From an uncultured Thermoplasmata archaeon (GTDB lineage Archaea > Thermoplasmatota > Thermoplasmata > Lutacidiplasmatales > UBA184), in assembly GCA_963749205.1 (NCBI GenBank), contig CAVVLW010000006.1, positions 449,176 through 513,175 on the forward strand: a DNA stretch of 64,000 bases. The letters run 5' to 3'. The translations under genes and the position numbers were made by a program. Under the pieces are notes generated by a model. It had not been told where the DNA came from. It did no database searches and was given only the letters and a program-made list of their open reading frames with translations. Numbering within the stretch: position 1 is the first letter of the stretch; the number at the start of each line of letters is the position of its first letter. Positions 28,938 to 38,592 of this stretch are shown here, piece by piece.

Positions 28938-29908
28938 GTGCCGGGGACGAAAGCCATCGACTGGTTGCTCGAGGAGGATCAACCCTCGATCCGCTATCTT
29001 ACCCTGACGCAGCTTCTGAAGAAGCGCGAATCCGACCCGTTAGTGCGTGAAGCGCGATCCCGGATCCCTTCCACCGGGTGGGTCGCGGAGATTCTCCGAC
29101 GCCGAAACTCAGAGGGCTGGTGGATTCGCGATCGCGGCTGGCTGATACCCGGTTCGTGGGGACTCATTGGAATATGTTGGCCTTGGCTGACCTGGGCGCC
29201 CGGCGCGATATCGCCGAGGTTGGGACGTCCGCGGAGGACTGGATGGGCAAATCTCCCCTGGTGGGGGGTGGCGTGGGTGGGTTTGGGAAGGGGAAGGGAC
29301 ACCACTGCTACACAGCGAACATGACGCGGGGGCTGATCCGTCTCGGATACGAGGACGATCCGCGGGTCGTAAGGACGTTGGGGTGGTTGGTCCAAACGGC
29401 ACACCCGAAGGGGGGTTGGACATGCCGGTTCGCCGGAAATGGACCCGCCCCTAGTCGGACGTTAGACGCTTGGGAAGGCCTGGGCGCGTTCGCGGTCTAT
29501 CCCCGCTCGAAATGGACTCGCGGAATGCAGACCTGCGTCGAACGCGGCGCTGAGTATTTTCTTGAACACGAGCTCCACATTCAGGGAGATCGGTACGAAC
29601 CGTGGTACCGCTTCCACTGGCCCATTCATTACTACTACGACATCCTCGTGGGCCTTGACGTTCTGACTGCGCTCGGTTACGGAGACGATCGCCGGCTCGA
29701 GTACGCCCTGGATCTCCTACGCAAGAAACAACGGCCGGACGGACGTTGGAACCTAGATGCCAACCAAACGGACCCAGACCCCGAGAGCGCCAAATGGTTC
29801 GCGCAACATCCGAAGCAACGCCCAATCCCCCTGACCTTCGAGGCGGCCGGGCGACCGAGCAAGATGATCACACTTCGAGCCTTGACCGTTCTCTCGCGCG
29901 TCAGTTAA
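28938..29908 (+). pseudogene. prenyltransferase/terpene-cyclase-like alpha-alpha toroid protein, one frameshift
   Basis: N-terminal KAIDWLLEEDQPSIRYLTLTQLL... (ORF 28938) continues in ORF 29078..29908 (RFVGTHWNMLALADLG ... GGWTCRF ... RPDGRWNL). One base seems missing near 29140..29150. Confidence 0.55.
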
Positions 29909-30003
29909 CGCTTTCAGCCCGATTGGGAGAGGCACGTTAGGCATGACCGAAGCACGAAGTCGAGCGGATCCGGAAGAGCTACTCTGGCACGACGCTTCGG
30001 AGG

Positions 30004-30546
30004 GTGAACTGGTCGACGGAGAGAGACACCGTTCGCCGACTCTTCCGGGACTACCGCGATTGGCTCGACGACCACCGAGATACCGCCGCTTCCGCCGATT
30101 TGACCGTCAAGCTCGGACTCGCCCAGGTCGACAAGCAGATCGAAGAGCTGCCGGGTTCCTACGGCCCACCCCGAGGAGAGATCATACTCGCATTCGCCCA
30201 AGAAGCCGTGGTCGCGTGCGGCGCTCTGCGGGAACTGGAACCGAAGGTCGGGGAAATCAAACGCGTGTACGTGAGGGCCGACCATCGGGGCCCGGGCTTT
30301 GGGCCCATCCTGACTCGCGCGCTTCTCGACCGTGCGCGAGAACTCAACTACGAGCGGGTGCGCGTCGATACGCTTCCGAGCATGACCGCGGCAATCCGGT
30401 TCTATCAGGAGCTGGGGTTCGCTCCCATACCCGCATATTGGCCCCACCCGGTTCCCGGAGCTCTCTTCTTTGAGTACCGAATGGAGAAGTCAACCCCGGC
30501 ACCACGACTAAACAGAGCTTCGAAGTCGAAGCGGTCCAAAAAGTAG
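30004..30546 (+). CDS. GNAT-family N-acetyltransferase
   Basis: RVYVRADHRGPGFGPILTRALLDRA (motif A) and FYQELGF. Confidence 0.8.
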   Translation: MNWSTERDTVRRLFRDYRDWLDDHRDTAASADLTVKLGLAQVDKQIEELPGSYGPPRGEIILAFAQEAVVACGALRELEPKVGEIKRVYVRADHRGPGFGPILTRALLDRARELNYERVRVDTLPSMTAAIRFYQELGFAPIPAYWPHPVPGALFFEYRMEKSTPAPRLNRASKSKRSKK

Positions 30547-30556
30547 CTGGAGGTCA

Positions 30557-30580
30557 GTGGGTGCAACGATTGTTGCACCC
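30557..30580. repeat. REP-like palindrome
   Basis: GTGGGTGCAACGATTGTTGCACCC; 11 nt after the GNAT stop. Confidence 0.8.
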
Positions 30581-30632
30581 AATAGGGGCGTCTGGCCGCA
30601 AACCCCACTCCCTGGGCTGGGCAGGCTCCGAT

Positions 30633-31085
30633 TTATGGCCGACTTGAGGAGGACATGTCGCGGAAAATGAGCCAAGCCCCATCGGGCTTACGCTCGTACA
30701 CGATCAGGAATTTGCCTTCATCACTAACCCGACCCGACGCCGCATCCTCGATGACCATGCGATAACTACCCACTTCGAACGCGACGTCATCGACCACTCG
30801 AAGGTCCTCCGTTTCCGCTTCGAACTCCCGAATCGTAGTAGAAGACAGCCAGCTCCTGAAGAGCTTCTCAATGGAAGTTCTTCCGCGGCAAACACCCGAG
30901 GTCTGGGGGACAATGATGGCCTCCTCGTCGTAGTGAGCGACCAAGGCAGCTACGTCTCCTCGCCTCATGTCGGCGATGAAGCCCTGCCGAGCTGCCTCGA
31001 TCGCCTCTCGAGCGCTCCCGACCTTGCGTGGTTTATGCGCCCGGCTCAACAGTCCATCACCCTCGGAGTTCCTTCGACCTCTCAA
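30633..31085 (-). CDS. DUF4440/SnoaL-like NTF2-fold protein
   Basis: GDVAALVAHYDEEAIIV ... GKFLIVYERKPDGAWLIFRDM. Confidence 0.65.
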   Translation of the reverse strand: MRGRRNSEGDGLLSRAHKPRKVGSAREAIEAARQGFIADMRRGDVAALVAHYDEEAIIVPQTSGVCRGRTSIEKLFRSWLSSTTIREFEAETEDLRVVDDVAFEVGSYRMVIEDAASGRVSDEGKFLIVYERKPDGAWLIFRDMSSSSRP

Positions 31086-31177
31086 AGAGTCCGTTATAGA
31101 TTAGCTTCCGGCCAAATCTCGCTCGATCGCCTAATGGAGCGAACTCCACCGCCTCAGCTTTAATTGACGCGGATTGA

Positions 31178-31513
31178 TTGGGGCCCGGGGGCGAGATGGT
31201 GGTCGACAGAGTTTACAAGGCAGATATCCCCGCACAGAGAAAGGCGCTCGAGAAGTTGAAGATGGAGTTTTCCGAGCTCAAGTCGAAGACGGACTGGGCG
31301 AAGGTCAGAGTCGAGCCGCTCCTTCGACACGTGAAGCAACTGGAACAACAACTGAAGTCCCAAGGCTCCTCGCGACTGACCAAGGGAGTAAGGATGTTCC
31401 ACTCTGACCTTGTGTATCTTCGAGAGAACGTTAATGGATTGAAGGAGGTCCTTCAGTCCGAGAAGAAATCGCTGCAGCGAAGGATCAAGCGGCCTCGAAT
31501 GCGAAAGAGCTGA
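31178..31513 (+). CDS. hypothetical coiled-coil protein
   Basis: 111-aa ORF, Lys/Glu-rich heptad-like sequence; no recognisable domain. Confidence 0.35.
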   Translation: MGPGGEMVVDRVYKADIPAQRKALEKLKMEFSELKSKTDWAKVRVEPLLRHVKQLEQQLKSQGSSRLTKGVRMFHSDLVYLRENVNGLKEVLQSEKKSLQRRIKRPRMRKS

Positions 31514-31798
31514 GCCACCCCGTTAGGTCTGAAACCGACCCGGTGGTTGCGACCGAAGACGGCCATGGACCTCTACCGTGGCAGCAAAGCTATTTCAAAT
31601 CGCAACCGAAATCCGATTCCAATATGGATAGCTCCCGACTTCACGATGTCGAAACCTGTCCGAGATGTCGCGTGCCAATCACCCTCGAGTTGTGACCCCC
31701 ACACTTTGCGCGAATTGGGCCTCTTTCGTCGAGGCGCAGGGATCACAAACAATCGGTAGGTGAGACGGCCACTACAGCCGTGCGGGGACGTGTCGTCC

Positions 31799-32701
31799 TC
31801 ACTTCACGGGGGCTGCGCGAGCCCACCGGTTTCCGTCTCGTTGGTAACGACGGAAGAACCAGAGCATGAACGGGGAGGGATTTGATGTGACACTAGATCG
31901 CTCCAACGCGTGGTAGTATCCTGCACGCTTGCCATACTGAATGTTCAACATCGGATAGCCGCTCTCGTGGAGCAGAATGTTCATGGCTAGACGTCCGATT
32001 CGACCGTTACCGTCTCCGAACGGGTGAATATTCTCGAATCGGAAGTGAAATTCGGCTGCTCGTTCGACCGGTTGAAGCTCGTTAGCGCGCCGTCGGACCC
32101 ATCGCAACAGCTCGATCAACATGGGTCGAACTTCAAGGGGTGGTGGAGGGACGTGCTTGCTTCGCCCAATCCGAACCTCGAAGTCGCGAAGCCTCCCTGC
32201 GAGTTCGAGTTTCGTTTCTCCGAAAACCGCTTTGTGCCAGGCTAGCAGGTGCGGCAGGTCGACCGGTTCTGGGTGGGCCAGGAGCCTCCGGGTCAATGAG
32301 GCGTGGAGTTCAGTCTCGCGGATGTCACGCATCGGTTTGGAGCGTGGGCTGATTCCGTGTTCGAGTAGGTCCGCTGTTTCCTGAAACGTGAGAGCCGAAC
32401 CCTCGATTCGGTTCGTATCGTAAGTGAACTCGATTACGAACTGCTCTCTCTCCTTTTCGAGGGCCGGAGCGGGGAGCGTCTGAAGATGCGCCCGATAACC
32501 ATCGTGGATTGATTGGAACGCCTTGAACCATGTCTCCTGCCAGACCTCACGCTCGAGGGAGGCTCGCTGACGCTCGAGATCTTCCGGTAGGGCTGTCCCG
32601 AGGTACCTCTCTCTCCGATGAACCGTCCCGCCCCAACGGAAGGTTTGGACCAAGTAGAAGTACCGGAATCTGCCGCGAGCGACCGTTCGGACTATTGCCA
32701 C
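31799..32701 (-). CDS. Fic-family protein (AMPylase-type)
   Basis: Canonical Fic motif HPFGDGNGRIGRL in a 300-aa ORF. Confidence 0.85.
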   Translation of the reverse strand: MAIVRTVARGRFRYFYLVQTFRWGGTVHRRERYLGTALPEDLERQRASLEREVWQETWFKAFQSIHDGYRAHLQTLPAPALEKEREQFVIEFTYDTNRIEGSALTFQETADLLEHGISPRSKPMRDIRETELHASLTRRLLAHPEPVDLPHLLAWHKAVFGETKLELAGRLRDFEVRIGRSKHVPPPPLEVRPMLIELLRWVRRRANELQPVERAAEFHFRFENIHPFGDGNGRIGRLAMNILLHESGYPMLNIQYGKRAGYYHALERSSVTSNPSPFMLWFFRRYQRDGNRWARAAPVK

Positions 32702-32786
32702 GGATGCCTCTACACTTTGTCACATTATTAAGTTGTTCTACAAGTGTGGAGGCATGCAGAGGGGCCTGCCTCGCAAATTGGGTGGC

Positions 32787-32811
32787 GGTGGGTGCAACAG
32801 CTATTGCAGCC
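32787..32811. repeat. REP-like palindrome
   Basis: GGTGGGTGCAACAGCTATTGCAGCC. Confidence 0.75.
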
Positions 32812-32835
32812 AGGACTCGAGGTGTGAAGGGAGGG

Positions 32836-32849
32836 TATGTATATATGGC
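32836..32849 (+). promoter_or_regulatory. TATA-like box
   Basis: GTATGTATATATGG centred 27 nt upstream of ATG 32870. Confidence 0.4.
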
Positions 32850-32869
32850 TCTATGTATTCATGTACCCC

Positions 32870-33169
32870 ATGGTGGGAGTCCTACGCGTTCCTCGTCCTG
32901 AATTCGCACGCCCTGGTGCAAACCCGACCTTGGAGTCAATCGAGTACATTCGCGCGATTCTTCGCGGGGCCGAAGAGCCCGTGAGCCGCAACGACATCCT
33001 CCGAACTCTCGCTGGCTGGTCTCACTCCATGACCCGGCAGAGCCTGAACGCGGTAATCGCCTTCCTGGCAGCTGACGGTTCCGTCGCGGAGGGTAGCAAA
33101 GGACTGATTTGGGTTCCCCAGGCCTCGCCCGCGCTTGCGGACGCGATCGCGAAGGCCCGCCCCCTCTGA
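32870..33169 (+). CDS. winged-helix protein, putative antitoxin
   Basis: ORF 32837..33169 trimmed to ATG 32870; IEYIRAILRGAEEPVSRNDILRTLAGWSHSMTRQSLNAVIAFLAADGSV; its stop overlaps the next ATG (TGATG). Confidence 0.45.
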   Translation: MVGVLRVPRPEFARPGANPTLESIEYIRAILRGAEEPVSRNDILRTLAGWSHSMTRQSLNAVIAFLAADGSVAEGSKGLIWVPQASPALADAIAKARPL

Positions 33170-33513
33170 TGATTCCAGCGAGTGCGGTCCTCCTCAGCGA
33201 CCGGGCAAACACAGCCCTCAGGGCACTAGAATCTGATTCCGGTCCCGAATCTCGGGCCATCCTACGGCGGGCTCGAGCCCTCAAGTCGGTCCTTCTTGTG
33301 GACTGCCTCCACGGGGAGGTCGTTCGAAAGAGCGCAATCCCGAGGAGCCTTCGAGAAAGGTACGACGTGGGGAACCTGTACGTGGAGGATCTTCCGAGCT
33401 TCTGGCGGCTGTTGTACACGGTCGTCAATCGCGGCGGCCGACGCGTGATTGTGGTCATCGAGATAGTCAGTCACAAGGAGTACAGTCGGTGGTTTCCAGG
33501 TAGGCGTCGATGA
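33169..33513 (+). CDS. RelE/ParE-superfamily-like toxin (weak)
   Basis: 114 aa; LPSFWRLLYTVVNRGGRRVIVVIEIVSHKEY resembles the RelE/ParE C-terminal core. Confidence 0.4.
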   Translation: MIPASAVLLSDRANTALRALESDSGPESRAILRRARALKSVLLVDCLHGEVVRKSAIPRSLRERYDVGNLYVEDLPSFWRLLYTVVNRGGRRVIVVIEIVSHKEYSRWFPGRRR

Positions 33514-33585
33514 CCGGTCAACACGCCTTCGAACTATTCCACCGAGCCGACTAGTCGTCGGGGGACCGCGGTGGTTGCAAGGTTG

Positions 33586-34898
33586 GTTATGTGGGTTCCG
33601 CCGACCCGCGGTTGACTTGCGAGATGCGACTCGCCGCTCGTCGGTTTACATGAACGTGGATGAACTCGAGGTCCTCGCCACACTCAGTTATTCGCGCCTG
33701 GGAGCGCAGGAAGACGGTCCGTGGCCGAGGACTCCAGAGTCGCTCGCCCCACTCATTGCGACGCGGCCGCCCGAAGGGCGCCGCACACCTTGCATCGGGG
33801 CCGTCGGCTCTGGAGCGTGAGGGAGATAGGCCCTCCGGTCTTTCAATATTGCGAATACGATTCGCAGCAACTTGTGGGCTCCCGCGATCGTTCCCTTGCC
33901 CGACCCACGGTGTCGAGTGACGCGGCGCGCAGTCCGCGCCACATCTCCTCGACGTTCGTGATGTCGGTGCGTCCAGGACGCCTCGACCAAGAGCCACCGA
34001 ACGAAGGCATTGCTGTCCCGCTTCAGCTTGCCGTGATACTGGCGGTCCGCGGACTGGTACGACCGAGGGACCAGTCCTACGTAGGAGGCCACGTGACGCA
34101 CGGTGGGGAACCGCTCGATCGGACAGAGGTAGGCGACGAGGGCCATCGCTGTCAACTCTCCGATGCCCGGGATCGTGGCGACTAACTGCCCCTCTTCGGA
34201 CTCGAGCCAGGCGCTGTGGATGGCCTGGTTGAGCTCCTTGCCCCGTTCTTCGAGAGCGAGCAGGGTCTCGAGACCTCGGTCGACCTCCGGGAGGTGGAGT
34301 TTCCTCAGGACCTCACGCTTGCGTCGGTGTCGGAGGAGTCCATCCTCGTAGGGGATTCCTCGAGCGATGAGGAAGTGGTACGTGTGATTGGCCAGCGCGG
34401 TCCAGTATCGGCGGTAGAACACCCGGTCCTGGACGAGAGTGCGCAGGTAGCGGATCTCCCGAGGAGGTGCGTACGAGGTAGGGATCGAGTCGACTCGGAG
34501 GAGCCGGGCCAGCGCCTCCGAGTCGACCTTGTCACTCTTGAGACTCGCCTCGGCGATGAGACGGGTCTTGTAGGGGTTGGAGAGAGTGACCGCCGCGCCC
34601 GTCGAGGCCGCCGTGTCGTAGTACGGGGCCCACATCGAGCAAGCTTCCAGCGCGACGTGCTTGCGACCCGGTAGTTGGGCGAGGAAGTCAATCAGCTCAG
34701 AGGGTTCGGGGCCGAACTTCTCCTGAGCGAGCTCGCGGCCCGTGGCATCGAGTGCCGTGGCCACCACGATCTTTCGGTGTACGTCCAGTCCCACATAGGT
34801 GTCTGCTATCGCCTCCATGCCGCGCCTCGAGGGGGAGGACAAGGCGCGGCGCCGATGGGCCTTCCGCTGCGGCATTGGCGGAACCCATCATGTCCACA
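33586..34898 (-). mobile_element. IS110-family (IS1111-like) element, type 2, copy C
   Basis: 1313 bp; ends GTTATGTGGGTTCCGCC ... GGCGGAACCCATCATGTCCACA; ends and encoded protein match copy D. Confidence 0.85.
33688..34875 (-). CDS. IS110-family DEDD transposase/recombinase
   Basis: 395 aa; clearly homologous to the type 1 protein along its whole length, by eye; same VGLDVHRK / ALEACS / KSDKVDSEAL motifs. Confidence 0.85.
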   Translation of the reverse strand: MPQRKAHRRRALSSPSRRGMEAIADTYVGLDVHRKIVVATALDATGRELAQEKFGPEPSELIDFLAQLPGRKHVALEACSMWAPYYDTAASTGAAVTLSNPYKTRLIAEASLKSDKVDSEALARLLRVDSIPTSYAPPREIRYLRTLVQDRVFYRRYWTALANHTYHFLIARGIPYEDGLLRHRRKREVLRKLHLPEVDRGLETLLALEERGKELNQAIHSAWLESEEGQLVATIPGIGELTAMALVAYLCPIERFPTVRHVASYVGLVPRSYQSADRQYHGKLKRDSNAFVRWLLVEASWTHRHHERRGDVARTARRVTRHRGSGKGTIAGAHKLLRIVFAILKDRRAYLPHAPEPTAPMQGVRRPSGGRVAMSGASDSGVLGHGPSSCAPRRE

Positions 34899-34955
34899 TT
34901 GCACCTACCGAATAGGTGTCTCGGGCCTCTCGACACGGGGCTAGCCGAGACCCGA

Positions 34956-35189
34956 TCACACGCCCGAACCGAGTTTCCGCCGGCCGAGGAACACCAAGAC
35001 AATTCCGAGAACGAACAGGATAAGGCCGGCGGCACCAAAGAGAACCGTCTCGTTGCAGCTAGGTCCAGAGGGTGCCAGTCCGGGAATGACAGTCGTGTAG
35101 CAATGGCTACCGAGGGCTACGAAGGCAACGGCGATTCCGACCACGATAAGCACGGCCCCAAGAACAACTGAAGCCCGCATTTGGAACAC
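34956..35189 (-). CDS. small membrane protein
   Basis: 77 aa, two hydrophobic helices. Confidence 0.4.
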   Translation of the reverse strand: MFQMRASVVLGAVLIVVGIAVAFVALGSHCYTTVIPGLAPSGPSCNETVLFGAAGLILFVLGIVLVFLGRRKLGSGV

Positions 35190-35338
35190 GCTGGTTGGAG
35201 AGACACAACGAGTCGGTATTCTTCTCTTCGCCTTCGTTTGTTCGATGACTATCAGTCAGACTTGCGATATCCCCCTGCCGAGGAAAGAACAGGCAACCCT
35301 CCGTGCGGACCCACCGCCAGTCCAGCAGCAAGGGTTCA

Positions 35339-35365
35339 GTGGTTGCAACGCGGGTTACACCTCAC
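35339..35365. repeat. REP-like palindrome (variant)
   Basis: GTGGTTGCAACGCGGGTTACACCTCAC. Confidence 0.6.
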
Positions 35366-35427
35366 CGTTTTTTTGGTCTACCCCGCGCCTTGAAAAGGGT
35401 CGCATACATCGCGACCGCTAGATTCTC

Positions 35428-36360
35428 ATGATCCACGCTGAGAGGCTTACAAAGCGATTCGGAGACCTCACCGCCGTGGACCAGGTCTCCCTCGACGTAG
35501 AGGACGGGGAGGTCTTCGGCTTTCTCGGCCCCAACGGAGCGGGCAAGACCACGATGGTACGGATGCTCGCGAGTTTAATCTCGAGCACGAGCGGGTCAGC
35601 CGTGGTCGCGGGCTGCGACGTAGGCAAGGAAGCGGACGGGCTCAAGCTCCGCGGGCGAATCGGCGTGCTCCCCGAGAGCGTGGGTCTCTACGAGAGCACC
35701 AGCGCCTACGAGAACCTCGAGTATTTCGGTCAACTCCACCGGCTCGACCCGATCACCCTTCGAAAGAACATCGAGCGGCTGCTTCGGATGATGGACCTCT
35801 GGGAGAAGAGGGACCTCCCGCTCGCCACCTTCTCCAAGGGGATGAAACAGAAGGTTGCGATCGCACGGACTCTCGTGCACGATCCCATACTCCTCTTCCT
35901 CGACGAACCGACCGCGAACCTCGACCCGGAGGCCGCCAAGATGGTCCGCGACGTCATCCTGGAGCTCAAGAAGGAACGGCGGACGATATTTCTCAACACC
36001 CATCACTTGGACGAGGCCCAGCGGATCTGCGACCGTGTCGGGATTCTTCGGACACGCCTCTTGACGGTGGGTTCCGTCGCCGAGCTGCGGGCTGGGGCGT
36101 CGGGGAAACGGACCCTGGTACGACTGGAGCGCGCTTCGGATGAGATCGCGGATGCCATACGCGCCCGGCTGGGGTCGCGCTCCGTCGAGGTGTCGGGCGA
36201 CCATCTCATCGTCGCGGTCGAGGACCCCGACCGGGAGAATCCGGAGATCGCGGACGCGGTGATCGCGGCCGGTGGGCGTATCCGGGAGCTCTCCCAGCTT
36301 TCGCCGTCACTCGAAGATGTCTATCTGAAACTCGTTCACGAAGAGGTGCTCGCGACATGA
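35428..36360 (+). CDS. ABC transporter ATP-binding protein
   Basis: Walker A GPNGAGKTT, signature FSKGMKQK, Walker B LLFLDEPT. Confidence 0.9.
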   Translation: MIHAERLTKRFGDLTAVDQVSLDVEDGEVFGFLGPNGAGKTTMVRMLASLISSTSGSAVVAGCDVGKEADGLKLRGRIGVLPESVGLYESTSAYENLEYFGQLHRLDPITLRKNIERLLRMMDLWEKRDLPLATFSKGMKQKVAIARTLVHDPILLFLDEPTANLDPEAAKMVRDVILELKKERRTIFLNTHHLDEAQRICDRVGILRTRLLTVGSVAELRAGASGKRTLVRLERASDEIADAIRARLGSRSVEVSGDHLIVAVEDPDRENPEIADAVIAAGGRIRELSQLSPSLEDVYLKLVHEEVLAT

Positions 36361-37097
36361 GGCTCTCCCAGGCCTGGATCATCGCGCGTCACGACTTCGG
36401 GATCTTTCGCCACAAACGGGGAATCGTTTCCGGGCTCATCGCCCTCCCGCTCGGGGTCGCCATCGGGTTCCCGGCTCTGACCTGGTACATCGTCCAGCAG
36501 GCAGGGACTGCGAGTGTGGGTTCGTATCTGCCCGGGCTCATCGGCGCGTTCAGCTTCTGGTTCGTCATCGGAGCCGCGATTCTCCCGACCGCCATTTCGT
36601 CCTACGGTATCGTGGGGGAGAAGATCGAGCGAAGTCTCGAGCCGCTGCTGTCCACACCTACTACCGACGGCGAGCTCCTGCTCGGAAAGGTGCTCGCCGC
36701 CTTTGTGCCCACGATGCTCGCGATCTGGGCGGGATCCGCTCTCTTCCAACTGCTCATTGACCTCGTGACCCAACATGCGCTCGGCTACCTCTACTTCCCG
36801 AACTGGGAGATGGCCGCAATCCTCTTCGTTCTGGCGCCACTTGCGAGCCTGTACGCGATCGAATTCTCCGTGATCGTCTCCTCGCGCGCGACAGACGCCC
36901 GAAGTGCTCAACAGTACGGGAGTGTAATCTTCGTCCCGTTGATCTTCGTCTACATCGCGGGCGAGATCGGGTCGGTCAACCTAGCTGGTATCGACCTGCT
37001 GTACATCTCGGCGGTGTTTGCTACCCTCGTTCTCGCCCTCTTCTTCGCGAGCACGCGGATATTCCATCGGGAAGAGATTCTGACGCGGTGGAAGTGA
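36357..37097 (+). CDS. ABC-2 type transporter permease
   Basis: 246-aa multi-helix ORF overlapping the ATPase stop by 4 nt. Confidence 0.7.
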   Translation: MRLSQAWIIARHDFGIFRHKRGIVSGLIALPLGVAIGFPALTWYIVQQAGTASVGSYLPGLIGAFSFWFVIGAAILPTAISSYGIVGEKIERSLEPLLSTPTTDGELLLGKVLAAFVPTMLAIWAGSALFQLLIDLVTQHALGYLYFPNWEMAAILFVLAPLASLYAIEFSVIVSSRATDARSAQQYGSVIFVPLIFVYIAGEIGSVNLAGIDLLYISAVFATLVLALFFASTRIFHREEILTRWK

Positions 37098-37274
37098 CGT
37101 TCGCCGTTCGGACACGGGAGGGTGCCCGCATCCCCCAGGACCTCCGCCGAAGGTTACACCGTTCTCAATTTGTAGTGGCTGCCGCGGGGGTCGCACCCAT
37201 CGTCGTTGGCAACGACACGGCGAGAGACGCGCTGATCAGTCGGAAGCTTAGGCGACCACCCACTGCTGCGGACC

Positions 37275-37655
37275 TTAGATGAACGTGACGCCGGGAAGGT
37301 TCCTCAGGGCAGGGTCGCTCGTGTAGAGGATCGCGAGGTGCCGTCGAGCGGTGGCATAGATCAGTGCGTCCGCGAAGTGAAGTCCAAGCTCGAGACAGTA
37401 ATCGGCGGCCGCGAGCGCAATCTCCTGGTCTACCGGTACCAGGAACGTGTGGCCAAGGGCGGCAACGTCCTCGAGGGCCGCGTGCTCGCCGCGCAGGGCC
37501 TTGGCTTTCTTGTAGACCTCGTAAACCGTCACGGCCGACGTCAATATCTCCCCCGGGGCGACCGCATCGATTACCCGATTGTATTGGACTTGCTTCGGTC
37601 CCCCGCCGAACCTTTCGATCCAGCCGTAGCTATCAATTGAGATCACGGCAGCCAC
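37275..37655 (-). CDS. vapC: PIN-domain VapC toxin
   Basis: ORF 37275..37877 trimmed to GTG 37655, just after the antitoxin stop; AAVISIDSYGW (first Asp) and FADALIYATARRH. Confidence 0.7.
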   Translation of the reverse strand: MAAVISIDSYGWIERFGGGPKQVQYNRVIDAVAPGEILTSAVTVYEVYKKAKALRGEHAALEDVAALGHTFLVPVDQEIALAAADYCLELGLHFADALIYATARRHLAILYTSDPALRNLPGVTFI

Positions 37656-37660
37656 GACCT

Positions 37661-37870
37661 CTAGAATCGATCGTGCTTGTCCCGGAGACCCTTGGTATCC
37701 AAGCCGGGGGTCATTCCCTTGGTCCTTTCGAAGGGGCGAACTGGAACGTAATGGAGTATGCCATGCTTGACAATCACCGCCATTTTGTCGCCTGCCCGAA
37801 TGTGGAATTCTTGGCGGACTCGTTCGGGTATCACCACCTGATACTTGGTCGAGACCGTCACAGTATCCAT
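37661..37870 (-). CDS. AbrB/MazE-type antitoxin
   Basis: VSTKYQVVIPERVRQEFHIRAGDKMAVI is a SpoVT/AbrB swapped-hairpin motif. Confidence 0.7.
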   Translation of the reverse strand: MDTVTVSTKYQVVIPERVRQEFHIRAGDKMAVIVKHGILHYVPVRPFERTKGMTPGLDTKGLRDKHDRF

Positions 37871-37972
37871 CGATCACGCCTCTGGATAATGATTAGTGTA
37901 TCGATATATCATCCTTCCTACGCCACCGATATCCTTCGTGGAAGCGGCCCCGAATCCCCCCGCACCGAACAC

Positions 37973-37997
37973 GAGGTGTAACGCTTGTTGCACCTTC
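37973..37997. repeat. REP-like palindrome (variant)
   Basis: GAGGTGTAACGCTTGTTGCACCTTC. Confidence 0.65.
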
Positions 37998-38300
37998 TCA
38001 ACGGCGCCGGGATCTCGGCGTCCAACCGTGGAGATCCATGCGGACCCTGTGGCCCCTGAAGGTCACTCCCTCCATTTCCAGTCGTAGGCGCTGTTCCTGG
38101 CCTTCTTCACCCAGCAGAGCGATCCGACCGCCTGCACCCACCACGCGGTGCCACGGCAATCCCGTAGCCCCGTACAGCGCACGGACGGTCAACCGCGCTG
38201 CTCGGGGGAACCCAGCGGCCTCGGCCACCTGACCGTAGGTGATCACCTTCCCCCGCGGCACCCGGGCAATCACCGCTCTAAACTGGCCAAGTGAAGGCAT
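37998..38300 (-). CDS. alkyltransferase-like (ATL) protein of the MGMT family
   Basis: MGMT DNA-binding domain with PWHRVV in place of the catalytic PCHRVV. Confidence 0.7.
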   Translation of the reverse strand: MPSLGQFRAVIARVPRGKVITYGQVAEAAGFPRAARLTVRALYGATGLPWHRVVGAGGRIALLGEEGQEQRLRLEMEGVTFRGHRVRMDLHGWTPRSRRR

Positions 38301-38360
38301 CCGTCAGTCCCCTGGCGCAGTATCCGCCAGGCGTCATAGGCGGGTCCACTGGTTAGAATC

Positions 38361-38383
38361 GCTGTAAGGCTGATTCCGACCAC
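38361..38383. repeat. REP-like palindrome (degenerate)
   Basis: GCTGTAAGGCTGATTCCGACCAC; same GTAAGGCTGATT core as the IS4 copy 2 target. Confidence 0.45.
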
Positions 38384-38592
38384 TCACCGCGCGTGCACCG
38401 GTAGCGCAAACGGGGGGTCTTACGGCAGTGAGAAGGGGGTTGGCGGTGGGTCGCATCGAAGGATTCCGAGTTGGCTGCTGCCCGGTGAGATCTGCCAGCC
38501 CCGCAAGATTTCCGTCAAATTAAATCGACCCGTCCTTTAACTATCGCATCTCGATGGTTAGACGGGCTGGAAAGCCCAGTGGATGAGAAAAC

